The notes: generated by a model from the sequence alone, not told the origin. A stretch of DNA of 32,680 bases from an uncultured archaeon (GCA_964458565.1 CAYWJO010000039.1:1-32680), one strand, 5' to 3'; positions 1 through 8,281 are shown, counted from the first letter of the stretch. Translations and numbers: made by a program.

Positions 1-34
1 AATATTGTAATCTGGAGCGTGAGTGCGAGAACAT

Positions 35-228
35 GCCATCGTGGCTCAGTAGGTAGGGTCAGTTCCAAAAGGACTGACTGCCGAAAGCGACAGACAAGCG
101 TGAATCACGCCGAACCGCTAAAGCCTGTTATCTTTCAGCCAACAGGATGAGAGCCAGACAGTTGTTGGTCGGAGGTTCGAGCCTTGCACCGATTTCCGGT
201 GTGAGAGTTTACCCTCCCGATGGCGCCA
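35..228 (+). tRNA. tRNA-Asn(GTT) with four introns (57-85, 92-121, 131-159, 182-211) and encoded CCA
   Basis: Exons 35-56, 86-91, 122-130, 160-181 and 212-228 join to GCCATCG TG GCTC AGTAGGTA GAGC G ACAGC CTGTTAA GTTGT TGGTC GGAGG TTCGAGC CCTCC CGATGGC G CCA (76 nt). All four stems pair, anticodon is GTT, discriminator is G73. Each intron has BHB-like geometry. Confidence 0.9.
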
Positions 229-240
229 CTCTTCTTTTTA
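229..240 (+). terminator. pyrimidine/T-rich tract after tRNA (possible archaeal terminator)
   Basis: ctcttcttttta immediately after the CCA. Confidence 0.4.
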
Positions 241-324
241 CATGAACTCAATCATTTATATTTAAGCTCGGTAAAACGAAAAGGAGGTTATATCCATCTC
301 TAAGAGATTGGGAGGTTCTTCGGC

Positions 325-1527
325 GTGGTGACTTATGATCTGATTGTTGTGGGAGGTGGCCCTGCTGGTGCTACATGTGCAAGAAAGGCTGCGATGCTTG
401 ATCTTGAAGTTCTCATTCTTGAAAAGGCTCAACACCCACGAAGGAAAGCATGTGGTGGAGGTGTAACAGTGAGAGTCCTCGCTTCTCTCGATTTTGATCT
501 TTCTTCCGTCATCGAACGAAAGCAACATGGTGTTCGAATATACTCACCGTCTGGGTTGGTAGTGGAACACTCCCACGCTGATTCTTCTGGTTGCACTGTG
601 CGTAGAGAGGATTTTGATAATCTATTACTTAGAGAGGCAGAAAAGGCAGGTGCACATGTTATTGAAGGAGAGGGTGTTGTTGATGTAAAAGAAAGCGATA
701 ATGCAGTTGCAGCTATTACTGATGTTGACACCTATTCAGGCAGACTACTTGTTGGTGCGGATGGGGTAAACAGTATTGTTGGCAGACAAACTGGAATCCT
801 ACCAAAATGGGACGATGATGAAGTAGGATTGTGTATAGAGGCATCTGTACCTATGGACATGTCAGAGATCCAGCGGATTGCAGCGGCCTCGGAGGATGAG
901 AACCGTTCAGTAATTGAAGTTCATTTTGGACCTGTACTATATGAATATGCATGGGCATTCGCAAAGGAATGTGAATTCAGCCTTGGTATTGGTGTACGTG
1001 TAAGTAAGATGGACAACTTGAAAGGGGCATGGAAAAAGTTTGTTGTAGATTTTGAACATAGACATGGTGTCGATTGTGATTTGACTGATACCACTGCAGC
1101 AAGACTTCCACTTAGAGGAAAAATTAAGAACACGTGTTCTAAGAGGATCATGTTAGTCGGTGATGCAGCAGGACTGGTAGCACCTGTGACAGGTGAAGGA
1201 ATTTATTATGCAATTGAATCTGGAAAAATAGCCGCAGAAGTTGCAGACAAAGCCCTTTTACAGGGTAATGATGTATTATCTTACGAACAACAGTTGCGTG
1301 ATGCTTTTGGGGACGATCTAAAAGCAGCTGAGTCATTATCCAGATTATTAATGAAATCAACAAAGAATATGGAGCTAGCATGTCAAGCTGCTCATGGTGA
1401 TACAATCCTTAGAGAGCATGTAATGAAATTAGTGATGGGAATGTGTTCCTACAATGAATCTAGGAGCAGTATTTTGAAGAGAATGTTGTTGAAGCATCCA
1501 GGTAAGGCATTACAAACTTTATTCTAG
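325..1527 (+). CDS. geranylgeranyl reductase family FAD-dependent oxidoreductase (DGGGPL reductase-like paralog)
   Basis: N-terminal YDLIVVGGGPAG, RKACGGG, VGADG, YAWAF and LVGDAAG..P.TGEGI motifs. GGAGGT SD at 311-316 before the GTG start. Confidence 0.9.
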   Translation: MVTYDLIVVGGGPAGATCARKAAMLDLEVLILEKAQHPRRKACGGGVTVRVLASLDFDLSSVIERKQHGVRIYSPSGLVVEHSHADSSGCTVRREDFDNLLLREAEKAGAHVIEGEGVVDVKESDNAVAAITDVDTYSGRLLVGADGVNSIVGRQTGILPKWDDDEVGLCIEASVPMDMSEIQRIAAASEDENRSVIEVHFGPVLYEYAWAFAKECEFSLGIGVRVSKMDNLKGAWKKFVVDFEHRHGVDCDLTDTTAARLPLRGKIKNTCSKRIMLVGDAAGLVAPVTGEGIYYAIESGKIAAEVADKALLQGNDVLSYEQQLRDAFGDDLKAAESLSRLLMKSTKNMELACQAAHGDTILREHVMKLVMGMCSYNESRSSILKRMLLKHPGKALQTLF

Positions 1528-1559
1528 ATTGAGAGCTGTAAACTAAAAAGATTGCATAG

Positions 1560-1574
1560 CTCCCGATGGCGCCA
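1560..1574 (+). repeat. duplicated 3' end of tRNA-Asn (att-like site)
   Basis: exact 15-bp match to 214-228. Confidence 0.85.
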
Positions 1575-1709
1575 AATCATCAAATGATAATTTTAATAAA
1601 TTCTAAGGGTCTTCTAACCATTCTTCAGCTATCTCTCGCTACATATTTCCACTTTTTCTCATTGACAAGATTCTTAGACAAGCTATAGACTAATTGCACT
1701 TCGTTTGAG

Positions 1710-1892
1710 ATGGAAGATATGAAGACTGAAGTTGCACCAAAACACGGGTTAATGGCGATTCTTGGTTTTCCAATTGTGTTAGTGACTGTAGGTAGAAACA
1801 TAATGACTGCTGCTGAATTCAGCTTCTATTCATATGATCCACCGTGTGTCATGGTGGGCATAGTTCCTAATGCTTCAAAGGGGTTGAAGTAA
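1710..1892 (+). pseudogene. truncated flavin reductase family protein (N-terminal fragment)
   Basis: GFPIVLVTVG-RNIMTAA..S..SYDPP.VMVGI resembles the N-terminus of flavin reductase-like proteins, but the ORF stops at 60 aa. Confidence 0.6.
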
Positions 1893-1919
1893 AAGAGAAA
1901 AGAATGTTTAGAGAGAGTT

Positions 1920-2684
1920 TCATCTTCTTTTTATGATTATAACTACAACGACTATAATACCTACAACAACCGCAGCGCCTACTCCAATTATTAGGGGGAT
2001 TGGAAGTGCTGGTGCTAGAGTAGTTGACGGAGTTGTTGGTGGAGTAGTGGATGGAGCTGTTGATAGGGTTGTTGATGGAGTTGTGGATGCTGAGTGATGG
2101 TATACCAAAGTCCATAACACATTTTGTACCGCATCATTTATTCCATCTGTCTGAAAGTGATCTTCGGACATTCTACTTAGCACATAGTCACTGGTATAAT
2201 GAATTTCAGCGTCATAAGTCCAACTAGTTCCTGTTCCACTTCCATATGCAGATATAGAGAGATTATTTCCAGCTCTTAACATACTAAAGTTGGCCAAAAC
2301 TGCGCCTAGTGTATCATTAATTTGAGACATTTGAGATTGAAACCTTTGCTCGTCAGCAATATATCGTATGTTTATTCCGTTTGAAGCTCGTATGTTAATT
2401 CCATAGTCGTCGTCAAGGCTTTGAGTGTTAAAGAACACACTAACCGCGACACCGCCATCCTCACTCATATTAGCAGTAACGTAGTCATCCACATAAGTTA
2501 CATTGAATGTTACTGTCATTGTGTTCGTTTGATCAATAATAAATTGATTATCGGTGTATTTAGTTGCGCTATACTTCAATTCATCTCCATTACTAACACC
2601 CCAAGTTGCTGCTGCTGTACTTGGAACGCCAGTAATCATAAGAACGACTAGTAACACAAAACAAAATTGTTTGGATTTCTTCAT
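1920..2684 (-). CDS. secreted, C-terminally membrane-anchored cell-surface protein
   Basis: Signal peptide (MKKSKQFCFVLLVVL...AAA), Thr/Pro/Ser linker (STTP-type repeats), C-terminal TM helix followed by KRR, several N-x-S/T sequons. Confidence 0.8.
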   Translation of the reverse strand: MKKSKQFCFVLLVVLMITGVPSTAAATWGVSNGDELKYSATKYTDNQFIIDQTNTMTVTFNVTYVDDYVTANMSEDGGVAVSVFFNTQSLDDDYGINIRASNGINIRYIADEQRFQSQMSQINDTLGAVLANFSMLRAGNNLSISAYGSGTGTSWTYDAEIHYTSDYVLSRMSEDHFQTDGINDAVQNVLWTLVYHHSASTTPSTTLSTAPSTTPPTTPSTTLAPALPIPLIIGVGAAVVVGIIVVVVIIIKRR

Positions 2685-2941
2685 TTATAGATATTACACC
2701 TTTACTTTATTAAATTCTATTCGAATATATACACCAGTGTTACTAGCTCAAAGGAGTAGCCATCCTTATCATCTTTGCACAACCCACACGCCGCTCCTGC
2801 TGCCGCGTAGTCAGATACGCCCACATAACGACGAATTTCACAAAATCTCCCACCTAATCCGTTATATTCAAAGAGTAATTATAAACAACTCAAATGTCCG
2901 TTTGTTTACAGGCTCCAGGCAGCGTCAGATCTCTACTAATA

Positions 2942-3928
2942 TCATAGACTATCTACAATCTTTCCGACGATGTTATACACTAGTTCGGGATGTCGCTCAC
3001 AGAAAGCAACGGTGTACACCGTGTTTGATGTGATCACCTAACCATTACTCTTTGTTATGAGTTCATCAAATAGTCGTTCTCCATTATTCCTGATGGGTGT
3101 GACATGCAAGACGACAATACCAACATCAGTTGCACCCTGATCTCGTAGGAGTTTCACAGCTCCAAGCAAAGTGGTCCCACTCTTTGTGAGATCATCAAGA
3201 ATAATGACATTCTTCCCTGTAACCTCCAGCTCTCCCTGCATATCTATAGTAAATGAGTCTGAGCGTCGTTTACTGAAGCCAGATACTCCAAATCGTTTCT
3301 GTGCCCCCTCATCAGGAGCTGTAAGGACATAGTCTTCGAATCCGAATATGTTCGCAGCCATCTCAATGAGTTCCTCAGTGAAGGTGATAACCTCATACTT
3401 CCCTTGCTCTGCCAATTTCACAGCCCAATTGAGACCTCTGTTCACGACTGGCTCTACGACCCAGAGTCTATCGCATAGTCCTGCAATGCTGTTCATAGCA
3501 CTTCGACTGGATACTGCTTCACCAGTACTGAAGGCCTTGTCCTGAAGTGCAAATGGCTGAAAGGTCAACACAACCTCAATACGGCTTGGTGGAGTCAAAT
3601 TCTCTATTTCGTACTGTTTGTGTTCAATCTTCGTAACTCGAAAAGGATGCTTTAGCATGTCAAGTAATAGAACAAGCTCTTGGATGCGATCAGAGGTTGT
3701 ATAGAACTCCTCTGCTGCAGAAGTTGAACCTGTACAACCCTGAAGTACAACAACCCTCTGATTAGCTAGTTCTTCGATTTGAGCTATTTTCACATAGAGA
3801 TCTGTGTTGGGAAAAAAGTGCTTCCCATCAAAGTTAGCATCCGTACAGAAGACTTGGAATCCAAGTTCAGTAAACTGTTCCTTCAGGTGTTCAGCACCAC
3901 TTGCCAATACAACTTTGAAATCACTCAT
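2942..3928 (-). CDS. ribose-phosphate pyrophosphokinase-like / phosphoribosyltransferase, interrupted by an in-frame TAG at 3038-3040
   Basis: FPNTDLYVKI, APDEGA, KRR and VIILDDLTKSGTT (PRPP-binding loop). The frame continues after TAG as VITSNTVYTVAFCERHPELVYNIVGKIVDSL to TGA at 2942-2944. Confidence 0.75.
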
Positions 3929-4064
3929 TCTCTATCATTTGATGGGGAGTTACAGAGTTCTTTACGTCGATTGTGGATTAATTCTTCAATTCGGTGATGT
4001 AGGTCTATTGTGATATATCCCACCCACTTTTTCGTACATACTATCGTTGTTTCTATCTATGATA

Positions 4065-4943
4065 TCACTTTAAGTCACTCATACTGCTTGCTATCACTTG
4101 CATTTCGAACTCTTCAACAATGGAGTTCATCTCTTCATTGGATGGTCGCTTTTTAAAACGATTAGCAGCATCTAATATCTTGGGTAGAACCTTCATATCA
4201 CCGGCTGTGATTAGAAAGCTGTCTGGAAGACCTAGTGCCCAATGCACTGACCGTTCAATTGCAACCTGATTCTCTAATGGCTCATAGAAGTACGTGTTGT
4301 GAGTCTTGGGACGTTGCCCCCACGGCCGCCGAGAAATGGACTTGATGGTCTGAAATGCAGTTTTGCGTCTACGGCACAACTCAACTAACTCATTGAAGTC
4401 AGCTGCGTAACGGTCATTCTGCATCTGTAGATAGTTGTATGGCAAGAGGACTGAATCGAAATCAAAGCGCTCTAGGCTTTGTTTGTGCATTGCTGGTACC
4501 TTCTTACCATGACCTGTCACACCTAGAAACCGCACCAGACCTTTGTCACGCGCTTCAATAAAGGCATCCATTGCACCCCCAGGCGCCATCACCTTTTCCC
4601 AGCTTACCGGGTTGGTCAGACCATGCATCTGCCAGAGGTCTATAGAGTCAACTCGCAGTCTACTCAAAGAATTCTGAAGATCATCCCAAGCTCCTTTGTA
4701 TGATCGCTTTCGTGATTTGGTTGCGAGAAAGAGCTCATCTCGGTGTTGCTCCATCCAAGGCCCGATGCACTTCTCAGCGTTTCCATACATAGGTGCTGTG
4801 TCAATATGATTCACACCATATTTCAATAACATCTCAAGGATGCGATCAGCCTCTTTTTGCGTAGCTTTACTGAGAGCGTACGCTCCAAAAATGACACGTG
4901 TACTTGAGTGTCCGGTACGACCAAAAGGTTGTTTGGAAATCAT
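4065..4943 (-). CDS. aldo/keto reductase
   Basis: FGRTG, GVNHIDTAPMYG, LATK, SLSRL..D.IDLWQMH, GLVRFLGVTGH. Confidence 0.92.
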   Translation of the reverse strand: MISKQPFGRTGHSSTRVIFGAYALSKATQKEADRILEMLLKYGVNHIDTAPMYGNAEKCIGPWMEQHRDELFLATKSRKRSYKGAWDDLQNSLSRLRVDSIDLWQMHGLTNPVSWEKVMAPGGAMDAFIEARDKGLVRFLGVTGHGKKVPAMHKQSLERFDFDSVLLPYNYLQMQNDRYAADFNELVELCRRRKTAFQTIKSISRRPWGQRPKTHNTYFYEPLENQVAIERSVHWALGLPDSFLITAGDMKVLPKILDAANRFKKRPSNEEMNSIVEEFEMQVIASSMSDLK

Positions 4944-5133
4944 ATGTCATTACCCACGCGAATTCGGAATGATGTTTGTTAGAGTAATTTTTCAGAAATA
5001 AGAGTGTTTTACTCAAAACATCCGAGTTATGTATTTCTGGATAAATCAAAGAGAGAGGGGGGGATTGATATTTTGAGGTTCTGTTTCGTGGACTCTACAA
5101 CATTCCTCAATAATTCATGTATACACAGCTAGG

Positions 5134-6045
5134 TCAATTCTGTCCGATCAATTCAATGTATGGAATCTCAAAAAGGGACGCAGCCTCCTTTGGAAGTAAT
5201 TGGGTACCCCTTGCTTCATCTCCTAAATGCAATGAATCTAAGAGAATCCGTCTAGCATTTTTACCAGTGTGGATTTTTGTACTCATTTTTTCCTTTTTCC
5301 CGGTATGAGAGATAGCAGATAACAATGTGTTCAATGCCATGTTGAATGTAGCGTCACTCATCTGAGTTCCCCAGAAAGCAAGAATAACTCGACATTCAAG
5401 TAGCACGTCTGAACACATCCGTTCATATGCGGCCTTGTGCCATTCGAGGGAATTGAGAGCTCCGACATCGTATTGTGCGTGGGGTTCGCTAGTTCCCAAC
5501 CATCCTACAGTATTGTCATGCAATTGAACTTTTTCGAGCGCGGATTTGTATTTTCGCTCAACTAATTTTCGTGAGAAGTATCCTGGTTTTCTGGGTCTTA
5601 TCCACACTTGATAAATCGAAGATCCTCCAGCTCGCTTCATTGATTCAACTAGACTATCAAGTGAATTTCGGGTTGATAGTGGAACACCTGAAATTTCTGC
5701 AACGAATAAAGGGTCGGTAACTTCAAGGTTGGTATTATTGGGATGGGTGTTGAGTTTAATATCCGGGAACTGTGGTACAAATGATGATGTTACAATATTT
5801 TGCATGCCATTAATAGTAAGATATAGGTAACGTGTTTTATTATGCGTTTGTTGGATTCTAAAACCCATCCTCTGGTTAGAATACATGACTGCTCCAAGAA
5901 ATCGCGTGTATCTTAATTTCACAAGGGAAAGGATATCATGATGTTCCTGACTGGAATTGGAAGGATTGTATATTTCCGCTCTGTAGCTTTGTGGAATTTC
6001 TATGACTTCTACATATGAAGTATTTAGCAACGTTTCATTGGGCAT
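5134..6045 (-). CDS. hypothetical protein (possibly the N-terminal non-ATPase domain of a DUF87/VirB4-HerA-type protein)
   Basis: 303-aa ORF. YQVWIRP and the terminal L..KEAASLFEIP pattern recall such domains. No Walker motifs. Confidence 0.5.
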   Translation of the reverse strand: MPNETLLNTSYVEVIEIPQSYRAEIYNPSNSSQEHHDILSLVKLRYTRFLGAVMYSNQRMGFRIQQTHNKTRYLYLTINGMQNIVTSSFVPQFPDIKLNTHPNNTNLEVTDPLFVAEISGVPLSTRNSLDSLVESMKRAGGSSIYQVWIRPRKPGYFSRKLVERKYKSALEKVQLHDNTVGWLGTSEPHAQYDVGALNSLEWHKAAYERMCSDVLLECRVILAFWGTQMSDATFNMALNTLLSAISHTGKKEKMSTKIHTGKNARRILLDSLHLGDEARGTQLLPKEAASLFEIPYIELIGQN

Positions 6046-6155
6046 TTTTTAGCCCAAAGTTTGTGGACTCAACTACCTAAAGAAGTCCACTAGAACTATG
6101 ATGAAAACGTGATTGTTCTTATGTTTATCAGGAATTTCCGAACAATGCTGAGTAA

Positions 6156-7034
6156 TCAAAGAACTCTCTCAAGAAGAGTTAATCCTATCTTCTCTTCCTC
6201 ATGTGGTTGTACCCAATCGAGTGCATAAAGCATTTCGATAAATTCCATCTGATAGGTTCCAAATATTGTACTGCACTCATGTTCAGTCGCTAGATTCAGA
6301 TGAAATGCGATTTGATCAAGAAAGCTTGGTATGTCTTTAGCGTATATTGTAAAGCTCCATTGTGGTCCTTGTGCATCATTACGAATAAAGCCAATAGAAA
6401 TTGATGTTAAGGCATCATCAGATCTTTGTGTCCAGAACTTGGATAATAGTCCAATTTTGTGCAAGTTTTCTGCTGTAATGTCAAGTGCTTTCCAATCATA
6501 TACAAAGACATTATGTGGCACCAGATTAGCATCTATCAGATCTGGATAAATCTCAGATGGAGATGCTACCTGTATGCTGCTATTAGAAGATCCTCTTGGT
6601 GATATATTTCCAAGTTCCTGCCAGTGAATCGCAAGGTCGAACATTCTTTTCATCCCAACAGATTTTCCAAGATGCAAAGATGTTTCATTGCCTGTGGCAG
6701 TTGTATACCGAACACGCTCTACTGGAATATTCGTAGCAAGTTGTAGGATGTGATTTGTCAAAGTTGATGCAAGACCTTTACCCCTATAATCTGAATGAAC
6801 TCGAAGACCCTCCATCCAACCAGTCTTTCCATTTTCAATGACTCTCAAATTTGCAAGCGCGATAACTGTACCATCATATTCAACGGCGGCGGTATGTGAG
6901 TTGGCATCATTAATCCAAGAATCAAATGAGTAAGGTAGATAGTCATGCCCATCCCAGGTTCGTCTGGCTATCTCTAATACATCTTCTTTGTCAGTTGCTC
7001 TTAAAGGTCGAATAAATTCCATAATCTGTTCCAA
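6156..7034 (-). CDS. GNAT family N-acetyltransferase
   Basis: IRPLRATD, GWMEGLRVHSDYRGKGLA (acetyl-CoA motif A), N..S..L. Confidence 0.9.
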   Translation of the reverse strand: MEQIMEFIRPLRATDKEDVLEIARRTWDGHDYLPYSFDSWINDANSHTAAVEYDGTVIALANLRVIENGKTGWMEGLRVHSDYRGKGLASTLTNHILQLATNIPVERVRYTTATGNETSLHLGKSVGMKRMFDLAIHWQELGNISPRGSSNSSIQVASPSEIYPDLIDANLVPHNVFVYDWKALDITAENLHKIGLLSKFWTQRSDDALTSISIGFIRNDAQGPQWSFTIYAKDIPSFLDQIAFHLNLATEHECSTIFGTYQMEFIEMLYALDWVQPHEEEKIGLTLLERVL

Positions 7035-7101
7035 TGGGAATACAGATTTTAAATTCGTTTGAATTATTCGATTGGTACTTTACACATTCCTAGTGAAGAT
7101 T

Positions 7102-7413
7102 TCATTCTTTGATTTTCCAACAGGGAAGATTATCTTCTACGACCGTCCAACGAGGTTCTTCAAGAGAGCACTTTACATACCATATCTTGTTAACCTCTCT
7201 GCAGGAAGAACCGAAATAGCAAGTTCTACAACTCTTAACAATATCCTTTTGCTCAATCTGTGGAATAGGTTTCTCTTGTTCGGAAACGTCTTTCCGCCAT
7301 TTGTCAAGTTTTGAACGGACGGCTTTTTTCGTCAACCACACAAGATCCTCATATTCGGATTCTGTCATCTCAGGTTCTTTATCTTCGGATTCGGAATCAC
7401 GAGAAGTTGGCAT
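7102..7413 (-). CDS. small hypothetical protein, possible Zn-binding
   Basis: CRTC...C...C...CW in the C-terminal half, acidic N-terminus. Confidence 0.6.
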   Translation of the reverse strand: MPTSRDSESEDKEPEMTESEYEDLVWLTKKAVRSKLDKWRKDVSEQEKPIPQIEQKDIVKSCRTCYFGSSCREVNKIWYVKCSLEEPRWTVVEDNLPCWKIKE

Positions 7414-7480
7414 AGACTATCCCAATCCTATCCATATGTGTTGAACGAGATAAAGTTGTTTCATATGTTATGATTTTCGT

Positions 7481-8128
7481 TTAGTCCCCTGTAGCAGTTA
7501 CCGTATTCCCTTCTACCATGAGGATTGCTGTTCGTTTTGGAGCCCTTGTGCGATGAGTAGTCCCTCGAGGTACCACAAAGCCATGTCCAGGATGAATCTC
7601 ATGAGTCTGATCAGCTATATCGATTAGTAACAGACCAGAAATCACATAGAAAAACTCATCCTCATTATCGTGACTGTGCCAATGGAATTCACCATGTATT
7701 ACCCCAAGACGCACAATGCAGTCATTCACCAGAGATAGGCTGTGATTCTGCCAATCTTTCTGGGAGGCTGTGATCAATTTGGGGATGTCGATATCTTCCA
7801 ATGGCTCGAATTTCACATCTGTATCTATATTATATCTTGTATAGTCGTTCATCCATTCTTCCTCGACTATGTGTCTTGTGACTTTGTAAACAACTTGATG
7901 CGTATAGTCAGAACAACCAACAGTCACACTGTTATCGTTTTCAAAGAAAGAAAAGCTACCACCAGATTGCATAACCAGTATCCAAGGATAAAGAATGTGA
8001 AAAGAACTGGTACACATTTTACCACGATCTTCAGGATATTCGTAGACATCACCTACATGCTGTTCCATTGAGCATTTTCCACTTCCAAGAATGTCGACTA
8101 CTTCTATTTTTATCTTGAACGCTGGCAT
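7481..8128 (-). CDS. TIGR04076-family domain fused in frame to a cupin domain
   Basis: N-terminal KIKIEVV...GKC...VGD...MC....H.LYPW...GG...C.D....VVYKVTR. C-terminal cupin GEFHWHSHDNEDEFFYV...VVPRG..HRT. Start taken at ATG 8128. Confidence 0.75.
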   Translation of the reverse strand: MPAFKIKIEVVDILGSGKCSMEQHVGDVYEYPEDRGKMCTSSFHILYPWILVMQSGGSFSFFENDNSVTVGCSDYTHQVVYKVTRHIVEEEWMNDYTRYNIDTDVKFEPLEDIDIPKLITASQKDWQNHSLSLVNDCIVRLGVIHGEFHWHSHDNEDEFFYVISGLLLIDIADQTHEIHPGHGFVVPRGTTHRTRAPKRTAILMVEGNTVTATGD

Positions 8129-8281
8129 GAGAATCGTATCAATAGGATGCACATCACCATAGAAATACATCGGCTGACGCAAATAGATATTATATCATTC
8201 TAGTCCTAGATTTCCCATCAATATCCTTCTTCAGGAATCTAGACGGGGTAGGAATAAAAACAGGCTGTGCGATTACTCAGT

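Larger units (their letters stand above)
214..1574 (+). mobile_element. tRNA-anchored mini-island bounded by 15-bp direct repeats (attL/attR-like), no integrase inside
   Basis: ctcccgatggcgcca occurs at 214-228 (tRNA 3' end) and again at 1560-1574. Only one substantial gene lies between. Confidence 0.7.

Noticed and set aside
57-211. Regularly spaced ~30-nt unique segments read as a mini CRISPR array
   Set aside because: The intervening pieces are not repeats of each other. They are tRNA exons that assemble into a cloverleaf, and no cas genes are present.
2554-3033. 159-aa plus-strand ORF
   Set aside because: It overlaps two better-supported minus-strand coding regions and has no recognisable motif.
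5088-6071. gtggactc 8-bp direct repeat flanking the 303-aa hypothetical, plus a gtggact/agtccac inverted repeat upstream of it
   Set aside because: Too short to distinguish from chance, with no transposase or other support.
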